Positions 49,385-61,823 of a DNA stretch of 64,000 nt are shown piece after piece. Made by a program: the position numbers and the translations under genes. Below the pieces are notes generated by a model. That model was given only the letters and a program-made list of their open reading frames with translations. It ran no database searches and was not told the origin of the DNA. This DNA is from Nemertoderma westbladi (lineage: Eukaryota; Animalia; Xenacoelomorpha). Numbering within the stretch: the stretch's first letter is position 1; each line of letters begins with the position of its first letter. The DNA is taken from the NCBI GenBank assembly GCA_032718475.1, contig JAUCBJ010000720.1, positions 43,831 through 107,830 of the forward strand, read 5' to 3'.

Positions 49385-51631
49385 TCAGATCAATTTCCTT
49401 CCCTTGTTTCGCTGTGGCGCCTTAAAACCATCCAACCCAGTCTTGTAGCTTTCTTTCTCAGCTATTAGCTCAGCCAAGTGATTTCTCTGTGCCTTCAGAA
49501 ACACGTTGATAATTTTGCGTAAAAATTTCGAGGAATAACTGGAGTGAATATCGCAAATTATTGATCTTGTATGTAAAGAAATGACTGGAAGCATTTGTAG
49601 GTACTGAAAGAGAACTCCGGCTGATATGAATTTGTCATCTTTAATATTTTTTTGCAGGAATTTATATGCTAGTTCTAGGTTACCGAGGCAATTACAAACG
49701 AAGTTGACAAGATTTTGATGTGGAATGGTTAAACCACCGTGATTTATATCATGTAGAAAGTGGCGAGATGACTCATTAGATGTAGACCCACTTCTTTTAG
49801 AATCGCTAATGATGTCATTTGTACCGTTTAAATTACAGTGTAGGCAGTTGACCCCTACTGATTTCACAATCCATCCTGAGATGTATTCAACAATATCTAG
49901 AGATTCTTCATTGACAGTTAGACAACGAAACTCATCTTCATCCACAAACAGACACTTCATCGAATAACAACGCGGCTTCATTGTGGTAATCTTTCTTCAA
50001 CAGAAAGTCGGATACTTCGAGGTCTTCATCTATGATTAGTCGTATTGATAAAATTTTATTGGAGTTTAGTGCGTCACGAAGAGCAATTAGAAACCGGCGG
50101 CCACCAGACATTTGTCTATATTTAGAGTAATGTAACTCCAATGCATCGTCTCTAAGGACATGAGTGTTAAACAAGCTGTATCCCAGTTCCTCAAACACGA
50201 GTTTAAACACTTTCTCTGTATTGCGCACAGTCAATAGGAGGGCGTTAAAGGATTGGGGTGATAGACCTGGCTTTCCCGAATCTCGCCATGCCTCCACCCA
50301 ATCGCCAAAGTATTTCAAGAAACTTCGTCTCTCAATCTGGTCTTTGTGGTGTGTCTCAGTATACATAGTGGATGTATTCGGATTCCTAGTTTTGGTGTTC
50401 ATAAATGCCCAAAATAACCTCATCAATCGCACAAAATTTGCTGTCGGACTGTTTCTGTCAATATAATATCTCAAAGCACTCTCTGTACAATCGCTGTAAA
50501 GATTTAGCATAAGCTAGTGCTTTGTTTTTTCTTCTGGACATGTAATGTCGAGAATGTTAGCTTGGGTGCTCGTCGTAAATGAGCGGTAGTATTATGAGAA
50601 GTGTCCAAACAATAAACTTCGGCCACATCACTAACCTTTGCTTCACTACCTGGTGAAAGTTCAATCGTATCATTCTTAAAGTGCCAACTGAACTGTGGTA
50701 AAACAAAGATGCCTAGTTTGAACCAATTATTCCTGGTATTCTTTAATAGATGGTTATAATCAAACAGTGGAATGATACCTTGTAAAATTTCTGAATTGTC
50801 CAAAATCTTAAATATAGCATTAGCGTTTGTTGGTGAATTATCACTTGTCACCACTCGGGGCGATGTTTGGACTGATCTTAGGTTGCTGCAAACTTCTTCT
50901 AAGTTACTAATGATCTCCCATCCTGTCATAGCGGTTGCAGTGGGTACAGATTTCACAACTAATGGTTGCCCATGACTCAGACCTCTAACCATAAAACTAT
51001 TCAAAGATCCTATGTCCGATTCTGTAACACCACCTTGTGCAAAAACTGCCTCTTTCTGCAAGTGAATTTCGTCCAAATACACAACAACGTTTTTGTCCAT
51101 CTTCATTTTCTGGAGAAGTTTGTATGAATCGATGGATCCTTTAGTTATTTTCTCCAAAACAGATCGACTAGGGAACTGAGGAAAGACAGACAAGAGTTCC
51201 TCGTATGCTGCCTTACTTCTATATCTAATAATAAGTGCTTTCTTAATCAATGAAGGTTCGAAACTTAAAACCCGATGGCAATGCTTGTTTCTCACAAGGA
51301 AGCGGATGATTTCATTATCATACTTTGGATCTTGGTAGTTTTTTATTTCATTCATCAGTCTGTATAACACACTCTTGCATTTGACTTTTTCAAATCCACA
51401 GAGCCTTCTATCCAAAAAACTGAAATTTGATAATGGAATTGTACTCCCATTATGGTAAACATCAAAGACATCATGCGATACATTGATTATGTAGCTACAT
51501 TCAGGTGCCTCTTGGAATGTTTCCGAAATACACATAGCCCCTTCTTTGCCATAGCAAAATCTGCTTACATTCTGATTGTTAAACACTTCATCCTCTCTAA
51601 ACCATTTGTTTATAGCTTGAGCATCCCAAGT
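49385..51631 (-). pseudogene. P-element-type transposase exon 2 (two frameshifts)
   Basis: Catalytic-type motifs YLDEIHL, VTSDNSPTN, FDYNHLLKNTRNNW, DALELHYSKYRQMSGG, EYISGWI; AG acceptor at 51632-51633; shifts at ~50505 and ~49960. Confidence 0.88.
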
Positions 51632-52069
51632 CTGCAAAATGAGAAATATTGGTCTATATTCTATATACTCTATATATACTCTATCAAGGTTTCAAACGCG
51701 TAGACAGACAGACAGGCTCACCCCACAGATAGACCGTGGAGAATAAGAACGAATACTAGTAAGCAGTATACTACGCATGCTAAATTTTTTAAAATTCCAT
51801 ATTAAGAAAAACATTCAGATCGTTAGCGCCTCCTAGCGGCAGACTGGTGCATTGATCCGAGACAGATGGTCCAACTTACAAACGATTACTTTGAATTGAA
51901 TTGAATTGAATTGAATAAGCATCAATAGCAGCCGAGCAGAAGGCTCTCTAAAATTAACCAGACAGACACCGTTGACTAATGATACCAGTACACTAAGGCT
52001 CGCCTTAGCGTACTTAGCTTACTTAAAATAGGTACTGAAATACTTTTTGTAAGTAACTGTCACACCCAC

Positions 52070-52450
52070 CAGTTGATCCAAGTCTCTAAATTTTGACTCT
52101 TGGTCCCTATCGAAGTCCTTTGTCAGTGTTATCCGGTTTGTTGGTTTTTTGCGTCTACCATAGAAGTTAACACGTTTAGAAAGTGTTGTTTCACTCTTCT
52201 CTGATCCTGGTAGACATTATGATGGCACAGCGGAATCTCTCAGTTCTTTTCTTTTAAATGGCTTAGCAATGAAGTCGCTTTGTGAAAAATTTCTGCAACA
52301 GACACCAAAACTGTCGCAGGAAAACACCCCTGGCTTTCTCACTGCTTTAAGCCACTTGTCCCTAGTTGATGTGTCCTTGGGTATACAGTATACCGTAGAA
52401 CTAGGCCCGGCCCTCACCCCACAATTAGGTACACAACAAACACAAGGCAT
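52070..52450 (-). pseudogene. Transposase exon 1: THAP DNA-binding domain (in-frame TAA at 52217-52219)
   Basis: CCVPNC..P..W..C..F..AVPS signature; frame stays open after TAA to a phase-0 GTGGGT donor at 52069. Confidence 0.82.
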
Positions 52451-52974
52451 TCGTTATTAATTTATATACTGTACTGTAGGTAGGACAAGGTGTGTTTTAA
52501 CCTTAGCTATAGAGGTGTGGTATACAGTACTGTATTTTCTAATCTGATTTCGCACTATCGTGTCATTTAACCCTGTGAAATTGTATTGTACAACCAAGGC
52601 CTTCTAGAACTACAGTAATGCGTTCTATCACAGTTACTATGGAATTACTTAGCCAAGTAGTGTTGACGATATAGCGATTTAGATAGTGATGCACGCAACA
52701 ATTTAATCTCTGTTGCCATGGCTACGAGATCGATGACCACCAATTTTTTTTTCAAAATTTTTATTCATGCATCGAGTACAATAGATTAAAGCAATAAAAA
52801 GAATGACTCGTGAAATCGGACATCTATCTGGTTCCCTGTATATTTAGTATTCCATGGTGCTACATTTTTCCTCGATGTAATTCTACGTCTTGAATACTTA
52901 TCTTTAGTTCACCCATATCAAATATAATTTAGTTTTTGTTTGATGAAAAAAGAGTAAGGCAACGATTTTGAACA

Positions 52975-54285
52975 TTTCTTCGCGATCTTCGCAAATGTCG
53001 CGATTATTGCGAAAATCGCGAAATTTCGCAAACGTAGCGATCTTCGCCATATTTTGTGTTTACAAATACTATAGGTGGAGCTTCGCAAACGTCGCGATCT
53101 TCACGATATTTTGTGTTTACCAATAGCTGTAGGTGGAGCTTCGATAAAAAGATTCTCTTGAAAAAAAATAAGACGCATCTTAAAGGACACTGGCCTTGAA
53201 GATGCTGATGATCTAGCAAATGTCATGGGTGATAGGGAGTTGTGGCGGTGCAATTTTGTCGATAAGCCGGCACAGCATTCTTAAAAATACAGCTGCAATG
53301 CAGCATGCCGATCCTAGTAGTAGTAGTAGTAGTAGTTCGATAAAAAAATTTATCAAGCTTTAATAATATTACTTATTAATACCATTATAGGTACAGCGAC
53401 GCAAAAATAGCAAAATTCCTCGAAGGCCTACACAAATACATGGACTTCTAGAATACAATTTTATACCTTCTGTCTGTATATATATAACATTCTATAATTC
53501 TGTGAACCTTACTAATACTAATATTGTCATATATATACTATAGAACATGTTAGCTATTTTATTTAAAAATATTTTTTTTTTTCTAGAGCTAATAATATTT
53601 TTTATTCTTGAAAAATTTTAAAAAATATATGTTTCATTATAGATTTTCTTACTTTTTAAAAAATGTTCTAGAACATTTGCAAAGATTGCGACGTTTGCAA
53701 AGCTCCACCTATAGTATTGGTCAACACAAAATATTGCGAAGATCGCGACGTTTGCGAAGCTCCACCTATAGTATTGGTAAACACAAAATATCACAAAGAT
53801 TGCGACGTTTGCGAAGCTCCACCTATAGTATTGGTAACCACAAAATATGTCGTGAAGATCGCGACGTTTGCGAAGCTCCACCTATAGTATTTGTAAACAC
53901 AAAATATCACAAAGATTGCGACGTTTGCGAAGCTCCACCTATAGTATTGGTAAACACAAAATAAGTCGCGAAGATCGCGACATTTGCGAAGCTCCACCTA
54001 TAGTATTGGTAAACACAAAATATCATGAAGATCGCGACGTTTGCGAAGCTCCACCTATAGTATTTGTAAACACAAAATATGTCGTGAAGATCGCGATATT
54101 TGCGAAGCTTCACCTATAGTAGGCCTATTGGTGAACACAAAATATCGCGAAGATCGCGATGTTTGCGAAGCTTCACCTATAGTAGGCCTATTGGTGAACA
54201 CAAAATATCGCGAAGATCGCGATGTTTGCGAAGCTCCACCTATAGTATTGGTAAACACAAAATATGTCATGAAGATTGCGATGTT
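52975..54285. repeat. ~57-63-bp tandem repeat in inverted blocks (52975-53145 vs 53675-54285); foldback/MITE-like
   Basis: Unit GAAGATCGCGACGTTTGCGAAGCTCCACCTATAGTATTGGTAAACACAAAATAT, ~10 copies forward and ~2 reversed. Confidence 0.85.
53152..53336 (+). mobile_element. Short 3' end of the RTE family with (TAG)n tail
   Basis: Matches 11700-11856; flanked by direct repeat TTCGATAAAAA (TSD). Confidence 0.85.
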
Positions 54286-54289
54286 TTGG

Positions 54290-57200
54290 TGTTAGAGATA
54301 GATCTGGCGTGTCAGCTAGACATGGTCGCATTGGACCAAAGAGAATTAGAGAGACAGTTAGACGAGGAAACTGCATTGCTAGAGAGGGAGAGGGAATTAG
54401 CGAGAGAGTGTAAAGAGAGGGCCGCGAAAGTGGCGAGAGAGTGTAGAGAAAGGGCTGCGAGGGAAGCAGAGAGGGTTGAGAGGGAAACGAGAGAGCGTAG
54501 AGAACGAGAGGCGAGAGAAGAGAACGAACGCAAAGAGCGAGAAGCGAGGGAAGCTGAGAGGTTTGAGAGAGAGGTGAACGAGCGCAAAGAGCGAGATGCG
54601 AGGGAAGCTGAAAGGATTGGGAAAGAGAGGGAGTTGGTGAACCAGAGTATTAGAGAGGACAGGGAGAGAGAAATAGCTTGTAAGAGAATGCGGGATGATA
54701 TGCATAACTGGTTGAGGGGGTTAGTGCAGTATCAGGCGAAACAAAAGTGCTGATTTGAACTGGCAAAAATGGGTTTAACAGAGAGCGAAGTTGGTTCGGG
54801 AAATATTTATGAGGAACCAAGGGTGATGGAAACTTTTGTCAATACTCCAGTTACAGGTACCAGACAACAAACACAGAACTGGTGTGACTGGACAGATGGG
54901 GGGGGGGGGGGGTAATGACAATACGTTTAGGGGGAATGTTAATATTAATACTACCCTAGTGGATAACTCTAATAATAACGAGGGTGCATTTCTTACAGGA
55001 AATAATGTTTTGGTGAATAATTTAAATAATAATAATGTTGATACTGGTACAGCAAATTATTTAAATAATTTAAATAATAATGTTAATAGTGGTGCAATAA
55101 ATAATCAGAATAATTTAAATACTAACAGCGAACAGAGTAATTTAAATAATAATATAATAAATAAGGACGGTGAAAGTAGATGGTGAAATTAATATAAACG
55201 TTAGCGAAAATGATTCGCCTATTGGAGGACTACAAGGCCACGTGGAGACACAGTGGGAGATGCAGGCGAATGGGCCCAGGGGAGATAGGAGCAACGTGTC
55301 GACTGGAGGGGGGGGGGGGTGTGAAGGAAGGGGTGAAAGGTGTGCGACGAGAAGTGATGGGAGGGGGGGAGCTACGGGCATCCCACCACAACCAGTTAGT
55401 GACGAGAGGGGGGGGGGGGGGCAATAAATGACCTACAGATGTCGGCAGGAAATATGCGCGGTGATTCAAGTGAACCAGGGCTCCCAACGACGGAGGAGAA
55501 TAGAAGGGGGGCAACAGCCGTCCCACAGATGTCTGCGGGAAATGCGCGTGGTGAGTTAAGTGAACCATCGCACCCGACGACGGGGGGAAAGGGGGGCAAC
55601 AGACGCCCCGCGAGCGATGGCGGGAGGTGCGCGCAGTGAGTTAAGTGAACCGGAGCTCCCAGCGACTGAGGAGAGTAGAAGGGCAGCAAATATCTACGAG
55701 GCCATACAACTGGGTAAAAGGAAAAGCGTTCACGCTGCAAGCGGCCAAACGAGGGAGCGTCGAACCCATTCAGGAGATGGAAGGAGAATGGTAGAGTTCA
55801 TCCGGGAGGTTGATACGAGATCTCATGAACATAGATATAACGACGGGAGTAGAGGATGCGAGGAGGAACGAGGAGATGTTGCTACTGGCAACCAGAGACG
55901 TCGAGATAGGACGGACAGTGAACCGTCGATGGTTGAGGTAGAGAGGGAGGGCCAGTGGGGTTGTACTTCGGGAGATTGCCATCGCCCCGGAGAAACACAG
56001 CCTGGCGAAATATATCACACACTGGATACACATAGAGAGACTGGAGACACACATAGAGTGTACCGAGACGAGGAGGATGAGATAATAAGGGATCGAAGGA
56101 AAACTTCCTGTCGGAACGTAGCGCCGATCGACGATATGGTAGTCACGGGGAGGAGTTCTCGGAATATTCGAGAAGATTAAACTTCGGTCTGGGGGAGCAC
56201 ATTCAGACTGCAGGACATACTATAGAGGTCTTACTGTACGTACATACTATAGGCCATGCTGGGAGAGATAGTGTAGGTGATAGGGTAGCGCAAATGCCGG
56301 GATTAAACCCGGAGGTCATGGCTTACATACCGGTGAGTAGGCAGGAACCTGCTAGACCTATACTGGTACCTGCACACCAGTATGACATCTACCCTAGCGC
56401 AGAATATAACAACGGTGGGGGGGAGGGGGGGGGGGGAGACAGAGTGAAATTCCCCCATTACTGTATCCACAATATGCACAACCAAAAATAAAAATCGCAA
56501 CCACCTCAGATCCGAACAAATCATGCGACACTGAGATATGGAGGGGACCATTACCCCCGATGATATATCCTACTCAGGGAAAGTCGACGAACCCGAGAAG
56601 CGATGCACAATCAATATCGATGGAGCCTACATCCGTACCGTCGAGCGCGCTGTAAATTCAAGCGATGGGATTGGCAACACTCATTGACTCGCTAAAAACT
56701 AGAATAGAGCTGCCACCAGTGGAGCCTTTTAAGTTTTATGGTAGCAAGCCGGAAGAATATCTACAGTTCCAGAGGATGTACAGCAATGAGATTCTCACGA
56801 AAAATCTCACGCAGGCAGAGTGCCTTAAATATCTACAAGTCTATACAGGGGGGCCAGACTACGACATTATGAGGCAATATCAGGGAATCAAAGGAGGATT
56901 TACAACAGCATGGAGAGCTCTCGATAGGGAATTTGGCCATCCGGCGAAGATTATCCAACAAACCTTAAGGGGAATAACATCAGGTGGACTCACGGATAAC
57001 CCTGTTAGTATCAAAGTCTTTGCCAACAAAGTAGAAAATGGATTGATAGTTTTAAAGACGCTAGAAGCACCATACGAACTTAATGCTTCAAGTAACATCA
57101 CAAGCATAGTGCAGGCACTACCGATATGGTTGAGGAATAAATGGAGGAAGATCACTTTCTCCACTCAAGAAAAGAAGAGTGCGGAGCTAGGGTTGGAAGA

Positions 57201-60200
57201 GATGTCGAAATTCCTTAACTACGAAGCCGAGTTGATAAGGGATCCAGTGTACAGCGAGGAGAGTCTGGGCAAGGTACCGAAAGCGGAATATAGCTGACCT
57301 AAACCGGAACACAGTGCTGCAGATGCACTTCTGAGAGTGAGGCAATCGTTGGCATATGTAACCATTCAGGGGACTTCATGTCCACAGAACAACTGTGGTG
57401 GCTATGGAGGAAACAATACCCCTGACGCAGGTATGTGCAACCAAAACAACAAACCATCCGACTCGGACCTGGATGAAATACGCAAGATGCTATACAGAGA
57501 GCATTATAATCAAAACTACAGGTGCCAGCTATATAGAAAGCAGGTGCATATGTGGGATGGGATGCATAAGACCATTGATTGCGACCAGTGGCAGGCACTG
57601 CTGAAAGAAGATTGATTAGCCTATACAGGGAGATTTGGGTTATGCCACAGATGCGCATTGGGAGGACATAAGAAGGATAGGTGTCGAGAGAACCCACCAA
57701 AGTATGCCGAGACTTATGGAATTGGAGGCCAGACAATGGCGACGAGCACCATGGGAGCAAGGAGGAAGGGAACGGTACTACTCAGAGTAGTACCAGTAAT
57801 AATAATAAGAGAAAACGGACTATCGGTTACAACACTAATGCTAGTCGATAGTGGAGCAGCATTCACGCAAACGGAGAGTTGGGTGGCCAAGAAGATAGGA
57901 TTAAAGACCAGGCCAAGTAAGATGGCGGGGTCCACAATATCGTTCAAAGACGAGGTCATGAAGATGAGGACGGGACGGTGTGAAATTGGAGCAATAACAC
58001 CATGGTGCGACTATGGGGCTACCATTGAACCCATCCAAATAATAGAGCCAATTAACATCAACGCCAGGCGACCTACAAAGATTGAGATCGAGCAATACTG
58101 GTACCTGGACGGCATCGACTTCTCCGTACCCGAACTAGATGTCCCAAAAGTGTCTCTCATAGTTGGCATGGACTGTCCAACGGCCCATGAGAGGCTGCAA
58201 CCATCTTTGGCGATGATAAAGAGCGAGACCCGGTGGCCATTCTCACGCCATTCGGATGGATGCTCAGTGGCCCAATAAAGACGAGGATCCTGTTTAGCGT
58301 GTCCGAATCCTCAGGATGCATGCTCTCCGGTACCGTTTAGGACATAGAGCAGAAGCTAAAGACGGGCGATGGGGAGGTCCCATATGGGAAGCGGCCCGAG
58401 CAGAAGTCAAGGATGGGTGATGGGGAGGTCCCATATGAGAAGCGGCCCGGGGAAGGATATCAGGAGTCGGGGGCGGGTATGGATCTGTAACCATGCATAG
58501 TGGAAAGGGTGGAGGATGAGTCCAGAGAAATACCGCCAGCAGAGGAGTCAGAAGGAGGAGCAACAGCAAGAGAGTGGGCGGAGGAGAATGGGTTTGACGC
58601 GCAGGACCTAGAGGTGATGGTGTGGAACAAAGATGTTCCTGGCGAGTATCAGTATAAGGATGGGGAAGAGTGGGCGGCGCAATATCTGGAGAGATGTCCG
58701 GAAGAGACGCCGGTCCAGTACAAGGATGGGAAAGATTGGACGGCGAGATATCATGAGAGATATATGGAAGAGACACCAATCCAAATAAGGAGTATACAGA
58801 TACCCCTGGTATCGAATAAGAAGACAAGGTGGAAAAGGATAGAATGTAAGGAGGTTAATCCAAAGGGAGAGAAGCCGATGACGAAGGGTGACAAAGGAGA
58901 CAGGAAAGTTAGAGGAGACGTGTTGCACACGGGGCTGGCAGAGTGTGAGGGGGCATTAAATCATAAGCCATTATGTGTACCGAAGGATGACCAAGGGTCA
59001 TCAAGGGCTTTAACGCCGGAGCACATATTGAGGGGGAGGCCAGCAGAGGTGGCATGTACCAGTGGATGAGATGAAGGATGACATCCTACCACCAAGTAAC
59101 GACAAGATGGAGGGTGGAATTTTGCCACCAGGGGACGATGAGGAGTTCTGTGAGGTGGCGGAAAGACCCGATCTTAGGGTGGAGGAGAAGGGAAGGTCAG
59201 ATCCAAGAGAGTTGGGATTGACAAGGAGAGTGGGGTGAAGAATAAGAGGACCTACAGGGGGCAGTGGGAGAGTTGGCTGCTGGAAGAATCACCCTTAGGT
59301 TGATGAGTCGCCCAACAAATTGGACTGAGGGGGGTGGGAATGAGGGCCAAATAGCCTTCCCACAAAATAAAATATAAAAAAATAAAAAAATAATAATATT
59401 TAGGAGTAGCTAGTTATAATTACATACATTCGATGGGTACAAATGTTCAATACTTACGTAGGTAGTACACATTTACTAACATATGGTACGAATGTACCAA
59501 TGTACATAATAGGAGTAGCTAGTTACAATTACGTACGTCGGATGGGTACAAATGTACAATACATGCGGAGTACACATGTACTAACGTATGGTACGAACAT
59601 ACCAACATACATAATTTAAATACATACGCACTAACGCCGGGTCAATGGGACCATACATACGCACTAATGCCGGGTCTATGGGACCATACGTACGCACTAA
59701 CACTGGGTCAATGGGACCATACATACGTAATAAAGCCGGGTCAATGGGACCATACAGAGCCTAGCTAGACTCATGATTAAGGGTAACGGACATATTAGGG
59801 AAACACATGGGAGGAAGAGTAGAGGGGTAGGCCAACCCAGATTGTGTGGTCATTGAACAATAGGGCGGAGTTTAGGATTTATTGTGAGTGCTCATATCCT
59901 GCGGGATAAGAATCATCCAGACGGGCACTACCGGGAGTATGAGTAGGAGGGAAACTTGATGGTACTGTGGGTTGTGTGAGCTAACAGGCATGTAGAGTGA
60001 GAATAGAAGGGGTTGAGTATGAGAGGAGCATGGGGGAAGGTGCTGGCCGAAGGAAGGGAAAAGGCAAGAAGTGCGTGATCCAACTGTGAGGGGGCGAGCA
60101 GGGAAGAGGATGAGTCCTATGGGACTAGTGAGGTGACTAGGAGGTGAGGAGGATGGATGATGGTGTCCGAGGAGATAAAATTGAGTGAGGAGAAAGAGCG

Positions 60201-61030
60201 ATTGTCTAAACAGAGATGCTTGGTACAGCTTAGCTTGCAGATGTATCAAGGATGGGTAGTGAGAACAAACCCGTGGGGACTAGTCTGGAAAACTGGTCCC
60301 AAGAAAATATACCACCCCACATCCAATACTAGATTGGATTCCCCCAGCGGAATTGGAGCACACTTTAGGTTGATGCTATCTTCTCACCGGGAAGATAGCA
60401 TGGGGGGGAGTGCAAGCGGATCCAATTCGCTGCACTACCCAGCGGAATATGGGGAAAGTGGCTTTTTACCAATTATTGTTGGCTAGGTGACATTACCAAT
60501 ATAATATCACCTAACAACCAACGAAGGCAATATACATTGCCAGCCACAAGGAGAGATGAGAGGCTATAGGCCATCTCAGGGGGACGAAGGAAGCTAGCAC
60601 GTGGGTATAAGGGAACAGGGAGTGCCAAGGGAAGGAAGGATAGGTTAGCCAATGGTGGGGCAGAACACCATTTGATTGGGATGCATCCATTGGCCAGGCC
60701 ACGTAGCAAGTAGCAATATTCCATATGTGTTAGTAATATAACCGTTGCCTTTATTACCTGTTGTTCAGTTGGTTTGTGTAGAGCTGTGGAAGCAAGACGG
60801 TTTAAACCATCGTCGTCGTCAGTAACTGTGCTATTATTGTATTCTGACTGTGCTATTATTGTATTCTGACATTACGAACAACTGCCACCAAATACTCAGT
60901 TATTCTTTCGGCCTCCAGCCTTTCAGATACCACAAGCCTTTCAGCAGCCAGCGGACGCGGTGACGCGTATTATCCAAAAAGCAAACACATCGGTCGGGAT
61001 TCCCTCATCAACTCGGGGATCCCGTCACAA
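54290..61030 (+). mobile_element. Second decayed BEL/Pao element (gag, protease, integrase remnant, 3' LTR; no 5' LTR seen)
   Basis: E/R coiled coil; IELPPVEPFKFYG gag; LLRVVPV..LVDSGA protease; LAECEGALNHKPL..ALTPEHIL integrase C-terminal motif; many stops; PPT GGGGGGTGGGAA then TGAGGG (59341)...CCCTCA (61007). Confidence 0.8.
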
Positions 61031-61823
61031 TTAGTTAATTAAGTTGATTAGGGTAAAATCAGCAATTTCAACCTGCCTCTTAAAGGATATTAATTATTTT
61101 CTAGTATAAGATTTAAATAATTATACTTCAAAATTATATAACTGTATTCCCCATAACCCATTCCATTATAGTTTTTAATCTGTAAGAGATTTGCTTTAAG
61201 AAATGTTTTTTTTATTGATCTAAACGTAATTAAGTTATCAAAATGCCACCGTATCTCTATACTTCGAGCTCCATCATTTATTGACATGCTAGATATTGCC
61301 TAGCCTATCTACTGGCGCTGCTGGGAACCATAGTCCAACCACCTCAGCATTACTTGACAACGGGTAATTACATCAATATGACATAGCCACTACAGTAGTG
61401 TAAGGTAAGTCAGCTTGTTTTATCTGCTTTACAATAAGGCAGAACGAACAGCAAGAAAGAAAATAACATAAGTGCTGGTTAAGTAAATTAATTAATTACT
61501 TTAATTACATACTCTGTGGCGCTTTTTTGCACGGCTGAGTGCAAACTTATATTATGCAGCCACCTGCGTGTGGTAATTTCATATATTGTGCTAATTTTTA
61601 ACCATTTTTGTAAACGATTTGGTTATTAAATTACAATTACAATTGTAATTGTAATTCCATACCATAAATATAATTAAACAATACAATAATTATATTAGTG
61701 GTGTACTACTGGTGTACTGACTGTTGACGTCACGGCTGACGTCACCACGGTGCAATATACTGATAGGCTGCTACATCGCAACGTGAACGATCTATCGCCG
61801 GATTTTCGAGCGGATTCCCCTAC

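Larger units (their letters stand above)
47628..52856 (-). mobile_element. P-superfamily (THAP) DNA transposon, both ends present
   Basis: ~145-bp TIRs beginning CATGGAATACTAAATATAC (47628-47773 / 52710-52856); 7-bp TSD GTGC(C/T)AC. Confidence 0.92.

Noticed and set aside
54100-55186. E/R-rich coiled-coil and Asn-rich ORFs as host genes
   Set aside because: They lie directly upstream of and co-oriented with BEL/Pao gag motifs; best read as a decayed gag N-terminus.
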